Part shown: piece by piece, positions 47,918 through 58,904 of the stretch
Layout: every line of letters begins with the position of its first letter
Position numbering within the stretch: position 1 is the stretch's first letter
Source of the DNA: Pelagibius sp. 7325
GTDB lineage: Bacteria > Pseudomonadota > Alphaproteobacteria > Kiloniellales > Kiloniellaceae
Length of the DNA stretch: 64,000 nucleotides
Reading direction: 5' to 3'
Assembly: GCF_037652055.1 (NCBI RefSeq)
Contig: NZ_JBBKAH010000001.1
Coordinates: 66,221-130,220 of the forward strand
The notes under the pieces: generated by a model
The model's input: the letters and a program-made list of their open reading frames with translations, nothing else
Told to the model about the DNA's origin: nothing
Database searches by the model: none
Program-made: the position numbers and the translations under genes

Positions 47918-48433
47918 TTGATGCAGCAGATCACCGACGCGGATCAGATCCAGAGCGCCCTCATCCGGCGGCTCTATCTCTACTGGCGGAGCAAGTGCCG
48001 CGACGGCGCGATTCCGCGCCGCGCGGACATCGATCCCGTCGACATCCCGAAGCTGGTGCCGAACATGCTGATCGCGGACATCGAGCAGGATCCCTTTCGC
48101 GTGCGTTACCGGCTGGTCGGCACCAAGGTCGTGGAGATGACCGGTTTCGAATTCACCGGCAGGTACCTCGACGAGATCGTGCTGCCCGATGACGAAGGCC
48201 CCTTCCTGGAATGCTACCAGACCGCCTGCGCCAGCAGATTGCCGGTGATGGCGCGCATCAAGTGGCACCTGGCGGACGACACCGTCGGCGAATACGATAT
48301 CTGCATCTTCCCCTTGTCCGACGACGGCATCACCGTGAACAAGGCGGTATCGATCGAATGCTACGAGAACGTCGGGCGGGACTACCTCTTCCTCAGCCGC
48401 AGCGGTTCGCAGACCGGCCGCAAGACACCCTGA
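47918..48433 (+). CDS. PAS-like small protein (DUF1457-type)
   Basis: 171 aa, typical of alphaproteobacterial PAS-like DUF1457 proteins. Divergent from the kinase gene. Confidence 0.45.
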   Translation: MMQQITDADQIQSALIRRLYLYWRSKCRDGAIPRRADIDPVDIPKLVPNMLIADIEQDPFRVRYRLVGTKVVEMTGFEFTGRYLDEIVLPDDEGPFLECYQTACASRLPVMARIKWHLADDTVGEYDICIFPLSDDGITVNKAVSIECYENVGRDYLFLSRSGSQTGRKTP

Positions 48434-48440
48434 GAAAAAT

Positions 48441-49196
48441 TCAGCGGCGCGCCGCGCTTCTGAGCGGGCCGCGTCCCACCGTGCGGCGCCCTGACCCTTC
48501 GCGGCGCCGCGCGGCCAGCTTTTCAAAAAGACGGTCAGGCAGATTCAGCGCCGCAGTGACGCCCTTGCCGAGCCGCCCGGCGACCTGCAGGACCTCGGCG
48601 ATGCGCCGATCGAGGAAGGCCCAGGTGGCGGCATAGTCTTCCGACTTGTCGTTCAGCCAGAACAGCAGCGTCGAGGAGTAGACGCCGGAGAGCAGCGCGC
48701 GCTTGGTATAGAAATTATAGTCCGTCGCCTTGTCGCCGGCGGCGTACCAGATGGCATCGACGGTGCGGTAGAGGCAGCCCATGCCGGTCGCCGCGTTCTG
48801 CGGCAGGGCGAAGAAGGCCAGCCCGCTGCGCACCGCCTCCCGGTGGGCGGCAACCGCCTCCAGGCGCGCGCGCACGCCGGCGGTGATCTTCTCGCGCACC
48901 TTCATCGAGGCGAGGTCCAGCCCCTCCAGGCTTTCCAGCATCTGCCGGTCGGCCGCCGTGCTGAAAGCCCGAATCACTTCCTGGGGGCCACCGGGAAACA
49001 GGCGGTGCGCCTCGCCGGCCGGCAGCGCCAGGTCGCGCGCGCCGGCGTCGATCGCGGTCCAGGTCCAGCCGTCGAAAGGCACATGGCGCAGCGCCGCGTC
49101 GAGCAGGCTGCTGCGCTGTTGGGCGAGCTTCTTCAGCGCCGCCTCGCGGCCCGCGGCGGGGCCGGATTCTGTCTGCTCGGCGCGGTTCTCAGACAT
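48441..49196 (-). CDS. COQ9-family protein (rpsU-divergently transcribed protein)
   Basis: 251 aa with C-terminal COQ9-like helices. Conserved position between def and the divergent rpsU. Confidence 0.65.
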   Translation of the reverse strand: MSENRAEQTESGPAAGREAALKKLAQQRSSLLDAALRHVPFDGWTWTAIDAGARDLALPAGEAHRLFPGGPQEVIRAFSTAADRQMLESLEGLDLASMKVREKITAGVRARLEAVAAHREAVRSGLAFFALPQNAATGMGCLYRTVDAIWYAAGDKATDYNFYTKRALLSGVYSSTLLFWLNDKSEDYAATWAFLDRRIAEVLQVAGRLGKGVTAALNLPDRLFEKLAARRREGSGRRTVGRGPLRSAARR

Positions 49197-49800
49197 GGTT
49201 CTCTTCCCTTTCTTGCGCGATGGCATCCGGCTCGTCCGCTTCGTCCGCCTCGTCCAATGGGCGGCCGATCTCGCTGGTGAAGGCCAGCCGGGAAAGGTCG
49301 GTCATCCGCTGCGGATAGAGGATGCCGTCCAGGTGGTCGCATTCGTGCTGCACGACGCGGGCGTGGAAGCCCGCCGCCTCGCGCTCGATCGCCGCCCCGT
49401 CGAGATCGAGCCCGCGGTAGCGGATGCGCGTCCAGCGCGGCACCTGGCCGACCAGGCCCGGGACCGAGAGGCAGGCCTCCGGGCCCAGCGCCTCGTCCTC
49501 GGTGAGAGGCTCGATTTCCGGGTTGATGAGAACGGTCAGCGGCACGTCCTCGCGGCCGCATTCGCCGCTCCCGGCCTCCCCATCCTCCAGCGCGGCGCGG
49601 CGGCCGGCGACGAAGAAGATCACCACCCGCAGGGGCACGTGGACCTGGGGCGCGGCGAGGCCGGTGCCGCCGGCATCCTCCATGGTCTCCAGCATGTCCC
49701 GCACGAGGTGGCGGATTTGCGGGGCTGTCGGGTCGGGAACCGGCGCCGCCGGGCGGCGCAGCACCGGATGCCCCATGCGTGCGATCTTGAGAATTGCCAT
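49189..49800 (-). CDS. def: peptide deformylase
   Basis: GTGLAAPQV, EACLSVPG and HECDHLDG motifs. Confidence 0.85.
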   Translation of the reverse strand: MAILKIARMGHPVLRRPAAPVPDPTAPQIRHLVRDMLETMEDAGGTGLAAPQVHVPLRVVIFFVAGRRAALEDGEAGSGECGREDVPLTVLINPEIEPLTEDEALGPEACLSVPGLVGQVPRWTRIRYRGLDLDGAAIEREAAGFHARVVQHECDHLDGILYPQRMTDLSRLAFTSEIGRPLDEADEADEPDAIAQEREENHV

Positions 49801-50126
49801 GAGTTGAATATGGCGCTGCCCCAGGCCGGGGTAAAGGCGTCCCGCTAGGGACGCGCCCGGCCTCCGGCCCCCAAGACGTTATGATGAATTTATTCTTATT
49901 TTCTAGCCTGACTTTTCGGTGTTTTCAGCAGGCGGGCCGGCCGCGTCCGCGGGGAAAAACCCAGAAACCCCTTCCTTTTTGCCCGTCCCTATGATACCAA
50001 GCGCCCTGTTTCCGCAGCAGTGCTGCCGCGGAAGCGGTTGTTTTGCCCCAACATCTGAGCAATCCAGCCCGAAGGTCTGTCGGGAGGCAGGCTTTTGACG
50101 GCTTACGAAAGGAGCACGGAGCGTCT

Positions 50127-50330
50127 GTGCAAGTACAGGTTCGCGACAATAACGTCGATCAGGCCCTGCGCGCGCTGAAGAAGAAGCTGCAGCGCGAGGG
50201 TGTCTTCCGGGAAATGAAACTGCGCCGCAACTTCGAGAAGCCTTCCGCGCGCAAGAAGCGCGAGCGGGCCGAGGCTGTGCGCCGCTATCGCAAGCTGCTG
50301 CGCAAGCGGATGGAGCGCGAGGGCTTCTAG
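50127..50330 (+). CDS. rpsU: 30S ribosomal protein S21
   Basis: GTG start after an [41 protein letters not shown]... Confidence 0.9.
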   Translation: MQVQVRDNNVDQALRALKKKLQREGVFREMKLRRNFEKPSARKKRERAEAVRRYRKLLRKRMEREGF

Positions 50331-50551
50331 GCCCCCGCCGAGCTTCTCAGTGCCTGACCCGGTGCGCGCCCGATTCCAGGGGCGCGCCTGCCGGGAGGGC
50401 TCCGGAAGGCGCGATTGCGAAGCCGGGCCGGTCGCCGCGACCGCCCGGTTTGTGATTCCGGCGGACTCCCTGCCGGAAAATCCACGCCAGAGAACTGTAT
50501 GATGTCAGGCCGCCGCCCCGGGTGCGCGGCCTTTTTGCGTTTGCGCGGTCC

Positions 50552-51169
50552 CTAAGCCGCCTGGGCGTCCGACAGCGGCACCAGCCTGGCCATGTGCACG
50601 GCGGGCACGGCGGCGCCGTTGCCGCCGGGAATCGCCATGCGGCCGAGTTCCTGGTAGCCGAGCCTGCGGTAGAGCGGCAGCCCGGTGAGCGTGGCCCAGA
50701 GTTCCAGCAGCCGGTGGCCGGCGGCGACAGCCTCGCGCTCGGCATGACGCACCATGCGCGAGCCGAGTCCCCTGCGGGCGTAGTGCGGATGCACGAAGAT
50801 CGAGCGGATCTTGGCCGAGGTGGGCGACAGGCAGTAGGCCGGCTCCGCCATGCCGGCGCCGCCTGCGTTCGAATGCGGCAGATGGCGCGACCAGCCGCCA
50901 CTGGCAATCACCCTGCCCCCAGCCTCCGGCCCCGCAGCCGCGAGAACATAGTAGGTGCCGTCATCGATCAGGGCGGGATCGTAGGTACCGTGGCAGAGGA
51001 AGGCCTCGACCTCTGCCGGCGAATAGTCCGCGGCGCTCAAGGCCTGAACAGAGAGGAAGTGCATGGCATCGATGGCGGGAATGTCGCCGCGCCGCGCTGC
51101 GCGCAGGACAAAGGCCTGGGGATCGCCGGGAGTCGCTTTAGGGGGCTGTGAGGAGGGTTGGGACGTCAT
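50552..51169 (-). CDS. GNAT family N-acetyltransferase
   Basis: HPHYARRGLGSRMVRHAEREAVAAG motif A and a C-terminal YRRLGY block. Confidence 0.7.
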   Translation of the reverse strand: MTSQPSSQPPKATPGDPQAFVLRAARRGDIPAIDAMHFLSVQALSAADYSPAEVEAFLCHGTYDPALIDDGTYYVLAAAGPEAGGRVIASGGWSRHLPHSNAGGAGMAEPAYCLSPTSAKIRSIFVHPHYARRGLGSRMVRHAEREAVAAGHRLLELWATLTGLPLYRRLGYQELGRMAIPGGNGAAVPAVHMARLVPLSDAQAA

Positions 51170-51513
51170 CGGATTCACCGGGTTCGGGAGCCGGATCGAG
51201 GTGCGTGTGATGCCGAGCCTCCGGATGGAAGGTTGAGGGCGCCAGCCCCTGCAGCGGAGTCGCCGCATGAACCGCCGCGGAAGTTGGAGCCCGACCGCAT
51301 CCGGCCCCGGCACCACACGCCGGGAGCAAGCTGACAGCGGAATGTTTCAGGCTGTTGTCGCGGCAAGCGGAAAAGTGTTTTCTTTGTTTCTATCCGGGCG
51401 CTTCCGCCTGGTTTTCCGTTCGGCAGCCGGACAAAGAGAAAGGGGGGCCGAGCCCCCCTTTTCACACACGTCGCGCCGCACCGGTGAACGCCGGGGCAAA
51501 GGTCGTCAAGGCC

Positions 51514-53223
51514 TCACGCCACCAGCACCTGCTCCATGCGCTGCAGAGCGGTGCCGCGTGCCTCCAGCTGACCGAGGTCGGCGAAGAGTTCGGCGGCGCG
51601 GCGGTAGTCGCTGGCAGCGGCCATACCCTGGCCCAGGCGCGAGCGGCAGTCGCCGCGGCCCATGTAGGCCCAGGGTTCGGCCGGGTTCAGCGCCACGTCA
51701 CGCTCGAAGTCCTGCAGCGCTGCGTCGAGCCGCCCCTGGCGCAGCAGGAAGCGCGCGCGCTGCTGGATGTAGGTGGCATTGCCGGTCTCCATCTCGACCG
51801 CACGGGTGAGGTCGTCCAGCGCACCGTCGCGGTCGCGCATCCGCTCGCGCCAGCGCGCCCGCTCGGCGAGGATGCGCGCGCAGTTCGGCGCCAGGCGTAG
51901 CGCCTCGTCGCAGTCGGCCAGCGCCTTGGCGTAATCCCTGATCTCGCCGTAGCAGCGCGCGCGGTCGAGGTAGAGCGAGGCGCGCGCCTCGCCGCGGATC
52001 AGGGCCGCGTTGAAATCGAGCACCGCATAACGCAGCTGGCCGAGCTTGCTGTAACACTGGCCGCGGCGCGCGTGCGCCTGCCAGGAACCCGGATCGAACT
52101 CCAGTTCGCGGGTGAAGTCGTCGATGGCCCCCTGATAGTCCTCCAACTGCTGCAGCAGGCGGGCACGGTTGCCGTAGGCGGGCGCGAAAGTCGGATCGGC
52201 GGCAATGGTGCGGTCGAAGTCCTCCAGCGCCTCGGTCAGCTTGCCCTGCCCTTCGCGGGCGATGCCGCGGCGGTTGAGGATGCAGGGCTCCTCGGGGGCG
52301 AAGCCGGCGGCAGCGGTGAGGTCGGCCTCCGCCTCGGCATAGCGCTTCAGGCGGGCGTAGGCGGCGGCACGGTGGAACAGCGTCACCGCCTGGGCGCCGC
52401 CGAGGTCGAGCGCGCGGGTGAAGTCGGCCACCGCCTTCAGGTCGTCGTAGCGGTCCAGGTGGCAGAGGCCGCGGTTGGAATAGGCCGCCGCGAAGCCGGC
52501 ATCGTAGCGGATGGCGGTATCGAAATCGCACAGCGCGCCGGTCAGGTCGCCCTTTTCCCGGCGCACCATGCCCATGCCGTTATGCGCGGCCGCCCATCCG
52601 GCGCCCATCGCCCCGGCGCGCTCGAAATCATCGATGGCGAGGTAGGTGTAGCCGAGCCCGCGGTAGCTGTAGGCCCGCTCCAGATAGATGCGGCCCGCGT
52701 CAACACGGTCGGCGCCCGCATCACCGGCCAGCGCTGCGGAGAACTCGGCGACGGCGCCCTGGTGGTCGCCCGCCTCGGCACGGGCGAGGCCTCGGGTGAA
52801 GCATCCGTCTGCGGCAGCGGCGCGGGTGTCGCGGGGGAACGCGGATGCGACTCCGCGGCAGCCGTCGGGCAGGCTCTCGCCCAGCGACTCGACCAAAAGA
52901 TCGCGGGCGTCGGTGGTCGCCGGCCAGGCAGGGCTGCCGGCCGCGCTGTCGGCCGCGCTGTCGGCCGCGCTGTCGGCCGCGCTGTCGGCCGCGACCTCGC
53001 AGCCGGCGGTCCGGGCGGTGGTCCGGGCGGCAGCGGAGTCGAGGTTCACCATGAAGCCGAGGGCCAGAGGATCGAGGGCAACCGATGCCCTGACGCGGCC
53101 CTCTTGGGGCGGGTCCGTCGGCACGAAATCGCAGTGAATCCGGGGCGACAGCAGCCGCGTGCCATTCCCGCCCGTCACTTTCTCTTGCTGGCCAGCCATC
53201 CAGATTTCCCCTTCGCCGCGCAT
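51514..53223 (-). CDS. tetratricopeptide (TPR) repeat protein
   Basis: More than 10 consecutive 34-aa TPR units (A..Y.N.G......G....A...F..A). The N-terminal region contains an (AADS)x4 tandem repeat. Confidence 0.75.
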   Translation of the reverse strand: MRGEGEIWMAGQQEKVTGGNGTRLLSPRIHCDFVPTDPPQEGRVRASVALDPLALGFMVNLDSAAARTTARTAGCEVAADSAADSAADSAADSAAGSPAWPATTDARDLLVESLGESLPDGCRGVASAFPRDTRAAAADGCFTRGLARAEAGDHQGAVAEFSAALAGDAGADRVDAGRIYLERAYSYRGLGYTYLAIDDFERAGAMGAGWAAAHNGMGMVRREKGDLTGALCDFDTAIRYDAGFAAAYSNRGLCHLDRYDDLKAVADFTRALDLGGAQAVTLFHRAAAYARLKRYAEAEADLTAAAGFAPEEPCILNRRGIAREGQGKLTEALEDFDRTIAADPTFAPAYGNRARLLQQLEDYQGAIDDFTRELEFDPGSWQAHARRGQCYSKLGQLRYAVLDFNAALIRGEARASLYLDRARCYGEIRDYAKALADCDEALRLAPNCARILAERARWRERMRDRDGALDDLTRAVEMETGNATYIQQRARFLLRQGRLDAALQDFERDVALNPAEPWAYMGRGDCRSRLGQGMAAASDYRRAAELFADLGQLEARGTALQRMEQVLVA

Positions 53224-53707
53224 CCGCCCCCTGCTCCCGGACCCTGCCCCGGATGATGGGTGGACGATTTTTCTTAGGACGGCGAGCTTGCCCGAGGCCG
53301 CAGGTCGGCTCTGTGAGGAAAATCACACTTCCCGGAAAATGGCGGAATTCCGCGAAAAATACCGGCCCCCGGGCCTTCGGCGCCGGGCCGGACCCCGAAT
53401 CGAGGGGCCGCCCAGCAAATCCGCGGAATTTCACCCGAAAAGGGGGGCCGATCGGCGGCCGATGAGCCGCGGCCCGGATGAGGGCTTCTCCCCATACCGG
53501 AAGCACGACGACGCGGCCGGGCGGCTTCTCTCTGCGCTTCGCTGCCTGTCATGCGGGCGTCATGAAGACGTCACGTAGCTGTGCAATACACCGCCTGGAA
53601 TAAATCCAGGTCGAGGGCATCGTTGAACCGCCCCTGTGCCAGCCACCAAAGCCGGCCACCAAAGCCGGCCACCAAAGCCAGCCAAAAGAGTCCAACGGGA
53701 GAGAGCA

Positions 53708-55603
53708 ATGAAAGACGACATCCGTAAACCGATCTCCGCCGACGCGTGGGATGAAATCAACTTCCCGCGGCCGGCCGAGAACGACTTCGACCGCGTCGTG
53801 GAACGCGCCATCTCGCGCCGGGGCTTCCTGGGTGGCGCGCTGGCCTTCGGGTCGGGCGCGGCCGTCATGAGCGCCGGCCTGCTGAACCTGAAGCCGGCGT
53901 GGGCGCAGCAGACGTCGCGCTTTGCGTTCGAACCGATCCCCACCGCCACCGACAACACCGTGCACGTGCCTGAAGGCTATAGCTGGCAGCGCCTGGCCAG
54001 CTGGGGCGACCCGCTGTTCTCCGGCGTGCCCGAACTCGACCAGCAGACCGGCGGCGCCGCCGAGGACGCCGACAAAGTCGTCGGCGAGAATACCGATGGC
54101 ATGGAGCTGTTCCTGATCGACGGCCGGCAGGTGCTCGCCGTGAACCAGGAGTACACCAACAACGAGGTGAACCTGCCGCAGGCGGACAAGGGGACGCCGC
54201 GCGATGCCAGCGACGTCCTGAAGCTGCAGAACCTGCAGGGCGTCACCGTGATGGAGATCGCCGAAGGCGCGGACGGCTGGAGCATTGTCAAGGACAGCCC
54301 CTTCAACCGCCGCATCACCCACAACACGCCGATGCGGATTTCCGGCCCCGCCGCCGGTCACGACCTGCTGAAGACCGCTGCCGACCCCACCGGCACCCGG
54401 AGCCTCGGCACCTTCAACAATTGCGGTTCGGGCAAGACGCCCTGGGGCACCTACCTGACCTGCGAGGAAAACTTCAACGGCTACTTCGGCGCGACGGCAG
54501 AGCCGCAACTCAGCGCGCAGGTCGCCGCCGGATACGAGCGCTACGGCATCGCAGCCGAGGGCTGGGGCTACGACTACCACAAGTGGGACGAACGCTTCGA
54601 CACCTCGAAGAACCCCAACGAGCCGCACCGCGCCGGCTGGGTGGTCGAGATCGATCCCTCGGATGCGAGCAGCACCCCGATCAAGCGCACCGCGCTGGGC
54701 CGCATCAAGCATGAAAATGCCGCGACCACGCTGGCCCCAGATGGCCGCGTGGTGGTCTATCTGGGCGACGACGAGCGTGGCGAGTTCCTCTACAAGTTCG
54801 TCTCGCGCGACATCTATGTTCCCGGCGGCGACACCTCGACGCTGCTGGACATCGGCCAGCTCTACGTCGCCAAGTTCAACGACGACATGACCGGCGCGTG
54901 GGTCGCCCTGACCCCGGCGGCGACCGGCATGTCAGAGGCGGAGATCCTCATCTTCAGCCGCACCGCCGCCTCCAAGGTCGGCGCCACCACCATGGACCGT
55001 CCCGAGTGGGTGGCCGTGAACCCGGTCTCGGCGGAAGCCTACTGCGCGCTGACCAACAACAAGAACCGCGGCGTGAAGACCAACGCGGGCGGCGACGCAC
55101 AGCCAGTCGGCGGCCCCAATCCGCGCGAGGCCAACAACTACGGCCAGATCGTGCGCTGGCGCCCGGCGGCCGGTGATCACGCTGCCGAAAGCTTTGAATG
55201 GGACCTCTACGTCATGGCCGGCAATCCGACCGTGCATGAAGGCCCCAATGCCGGTTCGTCGAACATCAACGACGGCAACCTCTTCAATTCGCCCGACGGC
55301 ATGGCGATCGACACCACCGGCGTGCTGTGGATCCAGACCGACGGCGACGATTCCAACGAAAAGGACTTCGCCGGCCAGGGCAACAACCAGATGCTGGCGG
55401 GCGACCCGGTGACGGGCCGCATCGAGCGCTTCCTCACCGGGCCGAAGGGCTCGGAGGTGACCGGCCTGTGCTGGTCGGCCGACCGCCGCACGATGTTCGT
55501 CGGCATCCAGCATCCCGACGCGCCCTTCCCGGACGGCGACGGCAAGCTACCGCGTTCCTCGATCGTCGCGGTGAAGCGCAACGACAACGCCCTCGTCGGC
55601 TGA
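53708..55603 (+). CDS. phoX: PhoX-family alkaline phosphatase (DUF839), Tat-exported
   Basis: Tat motif SRRGFLGGALAFGSGAAVMSAGL. Conserved PhoX blocks NNCGSGKTPWGTYLTCEEN and NSPDGMAIDTTG. Confidence 0.85.
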   Translation: MKDDIRKPISADAWDEINFPRPAENDFDRVVERAISRRGFLGGALAFGSGAAVMSAGLLNLKPAWAQQTSRFAFEPIPTATDNTVHVPEGYSWQRLASWGDPLFSGVPELDQQTGGAAEDADKVVGENTDGMELFLIDGRQVLAVNQEYTNNEVNLPQADKGTPRDASDVLKLQNLQGVTVMEIAEGADGWSIVKDSPFNRRITHNTPMRISGPAAGHDLLKTAADPTGTRSLGTFNNCGSGKTPWGTYLTCEENFNGYFGATAEPQLSAQVAAGYERYGIAAEGWGYDYHKWDERFDTSKNPNEPHRAGWVVEIDPSDASSTPIKRTALGRIKHENAATTLAPDGRVVVYLGDDERGEFLYKFVSRDIYVPGGDTSTLLDIGQLYVAKFNDDMTGAWVALTPAATGMSEAEILIFSRTAASKVGATTMDRPEWVAVNPVSAEAYCALTNNKNRGVKTNAGGDAQPVGGPNPREANNYGQIVRWRPAAGDHAAESFEWDLYVMAGNPTVHEGPNAGSSNINDGNLFNSPDGMAIDTTGVLWIQTDGDDSNEKDFAGQGNNQMLAGDPVTGRIERFLTGPKGSEVTGLCWSADRRTMFVGIQHPDAPFPDGDGKLPRSSIVAVKRNDNALVG

Positions 55604-55968
55604 TACGACAGGTTGCAGGTACCACAAGGGGCGCACCGGCAGCGGTGCGCCCCTTTTGCGTTCGCCCGACGTTTGCCGTAACCGGCGCCGGCCGCAGACG
55701 CGGTCCAGTTATTCAATATAAATCAATACATTGATGACCCTACCCGGAATTGCCGCGGTGCCCCTGCATCCCCCCAGGCGGCGTTTTCGTAGGTGGCGGC
55801 AGAGAACAAAGGAAACCATTTCCCCCTTCACGGCACATGCGACTGAAACATTCACGCTGCAGGGTCCCGCCGGCCGCCATCTCCGCTCCCCACAGCCCGG
55901 ACACCCCAGGCTCGACTCGGGCGCGGCGGCAGCCCTATTCTTGGCCCTGGTTCACGCAGGTCGCAGCG

Positions 55969-58650
55969 ATGTCCAAACCCTTAAGCTCCACAGGCAACAG
56001 CCTGCGCCGCTTCGCCGCGGCGCTGCACTGCGTCGGCCTGCCCGCGGCGGTCGCCACCGCGGCGACGGGCGGTGCGCCGCTGCGCCTGATCGGGGCCAAC
56101 CAGGCCTTTGCCGATGCGACCGGCTTGGACAGCGCGTCGATCCCGGGTCGCGGGCTGGACGGGATCCCTGCCGAACTCTGCCCGTTGTACGACCGCCGCG
56201 GAGGGCACCGGAGCTGGCTGGTGATCCACCGCGAAACGGCGCCGCGCCAAGACGCTGCGCGGCAGACCTCCGCCGGCAAGGGCGAAACCGCAGCGGACGG
56301 CGGCTCCGCGTCCGACGATTTCCGCAGCCTGGTGGAGGAGATCGGCAACGGCGTGCTGGTGCATCGCGACTTCAAGCCGCTCTATGCCAACCGCGCCTGT
56401 GCGCGGCGCATCGGCTTCGAGGACGGCGCCGCCCTGCTGCGCGAGCCGACGCTGCTGCGCTTCCTGCCGGTCGAGATCCACAACGGCGCCCTGCGCCGCC
56501 ACGCCCGGCTGCTGGCCGGCGAGCCGCCGGGACCGGCGCGCATCCTGTCCTGCCTGACCCGCGCGGGCGAACCTTTCTGGGTCGAAGCCACAGAGAAGCG
56601 CATTCTCTGGCAGGGTGAGCCCGCCGTGCTGGTTTCGCTGAACGACGTCACCGAGCAGGTGAACACGCGGCGCAGCGAACTGATGCTGCGCGAGGCGATC
56701 GACAATCTCTCGGACAGCTTCATCCTCTACGACGCCGACCAGCGGGTGGTGCTGACCAACCGCCGCTTCCACGAGACCCTGCCGTTCCAGCCCGGCCCGG
56801 TGGAGATTATCGGCAAGTCCATGCGCGAGCTGATCGAGACCAGCGTCAGGCACAACGCCATCACCGACCCGCGGGTCTGGCAGAATCCCAAAGGCTTCGC
56901 CGACGCCTTCATCGAAGACCGCCTGCGCGGCCGCACCGCCGTGCGCGAGGATGCCTGGCCCGACGGGCGCTGGGACATCGTCAAGGAACAGCACACGCGC
57001 TCAGGCGGCTTTGTCAGCGTGCGCACCGACATCACCGAGCGCAAGCGCGCGGAGATCGCGCTACGCGACCAGGAAAGCCGCCTGGAGCAGGCGCTGGCGG
57101 AACGCACCGCCCAGCTGAAAGGCGTGCTCGCCAACATCGCCCAAGGCGTCACCGTCACCGCGCCGGACATGACGGTGCTGCTGGTCAACCAGGGTTACCT
57201 CGATATCTTCGACCTGCCGGAGGAGATGGGTCGGCCGGGCATCCCACTGTCGGAATACATCCGCCGGGGCGTCGCCAAGGGGCATTACCCGCGCGCCGAC
57301 GTGGAGGCCGCGGGCGGCGAGGAGAACTTCATCCAGCAGCGCCTGGCGCTGCTGTCGCGGCCGCGGCGCGGCGTCTTCCAGTCCACCCTGCCCGATGGCC
57401 GCGTCATCGAGATCCGCCAGCAGCGTCTGCCGGACGGCTGCGTGGTCGCCACCTACAACAACATCACCGACCGCGTGCGCACCGAACGCGAGCTGCAGCG
57501 CCAGCGCGAGAAGAGCTATCAGAACGAGAAGCTGAGCGCGCTGGGCGCCCTGCTCGCCGGCGTATCGCATGAGCTGAACAACCCCCTGTCCGTCGTGATC
57601 GGCCAGGCGGCGCTGCTGGAAAGCATGGCCGGCGACAGCGAAATCGCCGAGCGTGCCGTGAAGGTGCGCACCGCCGCCGACCGCTGCGCCAAGATCGTGA
57701 GAACCTTCCTCTCCATGGCGCGCCAGCGCCCGGCCGACCGCCGCGCCATCCAGGTGAACGACCTGATCAAGGACGTGCTGGGGCTGGTCGAGCACCAGCT
57801 CAGCACCACCGACGTCGTGGTGACCTGCGAGCTGGCGCCGGGCCTGCCGACGGTCGCCGGCGACTCCGACCAGCTGAGCCACGTGCTGCTGAACCTCTTC
57901 ATCAACGCCCAGCAGGCGATGCTCGACACGCCGCGGCCGCGCCGCCTGATCATCGCCACGGACTACCTGGAAGCCAGCCGTGAGGTCCGCATCACGGTGC
58001 GCGACAACGGCCCGGGCGTCCCCCACGACATCCGCTCGCGTATCTTCGACCCCTTCTTCACCACCAAGCCGGTCGGCCAGGGCACCGGCGTGGGGCTGTC
58101 GGTCTGCCACGGCATGGTCAGTGCGCACGGCGGCAGCATCAGCGTCGGCGAGGCTCCCTTTGACCGGCCGGAGGGTGAGGCCGGGGGCGGCGGCGCCGTC
58201 TTTACCGTGCTGCTGCCGGCCGGTACCGCGGCCGCCGAGGCGGCGAGCGAGAGCGCGCCGCCTCGGCGTGCGGCCACCCGTCAAGAGGTGCTGGTCATCG
58301 ACGACGAACCGGACATCACCGGCTTCCTGGTGGAAGTGCTGGAAGCCGCGGGCCACACGGTGGACGTGGCCGCCAGCGGCGAGGAAGCGCTGGCCCAGCT
58401 GCGGGACAAGGACTACTCGGCCATCATCTGCGACCTGCGTATGCCGCACCTCGACGGTCCCGGCCTCTACGAGAAGCTGAAGACGGTGAAGCCCCAGTTG
58501 GTCGAGCGCATGATCTTCGCCACCGGCGATCTGCTGAACGCGGAGACCGAGCGCTTCCTCAAGGCCAGCGGCCGTCCCTGCGTCGAAAAGCCTTTCATGC
58601 CGTCGCAGATTCGCCAACTGGTAGAAGAACTCGGCGGCGGCTCCGAGTGA
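55969..58650 (+). CDS. hybrid sensor histidine kinase/response regulator with multiple PAS domains
   Basis: Three PAS-like segments, H-box [14 protein letters not shown] boxes ([26 protein letters not shown]) and a C-terminal REC (VLVIDDEPD...ICDLRMP). Confidence 0.85.
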   Translation: MSKPLSSTGNSLRRFAAALHCVGLPAAVATAATGGAPLRLIGANQAFADATGLDSASIPGRGLDGIPAELCPLYDRRGGHRSWLVIHRETAPRQDAARQTSAGKGETAADGGSASDDFRSLVEEIGNGVLVHRDFKPLYANRACARRIGFEDGAALLREPTLLRFLPVEIHNGALRRHARLLAGEPPGPARILSCLTRAGEPFWVEATEKRILWQGEPAVLVSLNDVTEQVNTRRSELMLREAIDNLSDSFILYDADQRVVLTNRRFHETLPFQPGPVEIIGKSMRELIETSVRHNAITDPRVWQNPKGFADAFIEDRLRGRTAVREDAWPDGRWDIVKEQHTRSGGFVSVRTDITERKRAEIALRDQESRLEQALAERTAQLKGVLANIAQGVTVTAPDMTVLLVNQGYLDIFDLPEEMGRPGIPLSEYIRRGVAKGHYPRADVEAAGGEENFIQQRLALLSRPRRGVFQSTLPDGRVIEIRQQRLPDGCVVATYNNITDRVRTERELQRQREKSYQNEKLSALGALLAGVSHELNNPLSVVIGQAALLESMAGDSEIAERAVKVRTAADRCAKIVRTFLSMARQRPADRRAIQVNDLIKDVLGLVEHQLSTTDVVVTCELAPGLPTVAGDSDQLSHVLLNLFINAQQAMLDTPRPRRLIIATDYLEASREVRITVRDNGPGVPHDIRSRIFDPFFTTKPVGQGTGVGLSVCHGMVSAHGGSISVGEAPFDRPEGEAGGGGAVFTVLLPAGTAAAEAASESAPPRRAATRQEVLVIDDEPDITGFLVEVLEAAGHTVDVAASGEEALAQLRDKDYSAIICDLRMPHLDGPGLYEKLKTVKPQLVERMIFATGDLLNAETERFLKASGRPCVEKPFMPSQIRQLVEELGGGSE

Positions 58651-58904
58651 GCGAACCAGCGTAGGCGAATGGTCCGGGCCGTTCCCCGCCCTTTAAACGC
58701 CCCCGATTTGTCATAGGACGTCCAGGCTGACGCCGGGCTAGCCTCGCAGACAATCATCACACGGCGGGCTTCGACAGGTGAAGGCCCTCGGGGGTGAACG
58801 CCCCTGGCCGTCAGCGACAACAAGCATTGCAGAGGAAACACCCCCTGGGCGAAAGCCAAGGCGGGAGAGCCCCCGACAGTTAGAGGCGGAGTGCCGGGCC
58901 GGCA

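Noticed and set aside
55981-58617. Long minus-strand ORFs (337 aa and 518 aa)
   Set aside because: Antisense to the hybrid sensor kinase and without motifs.
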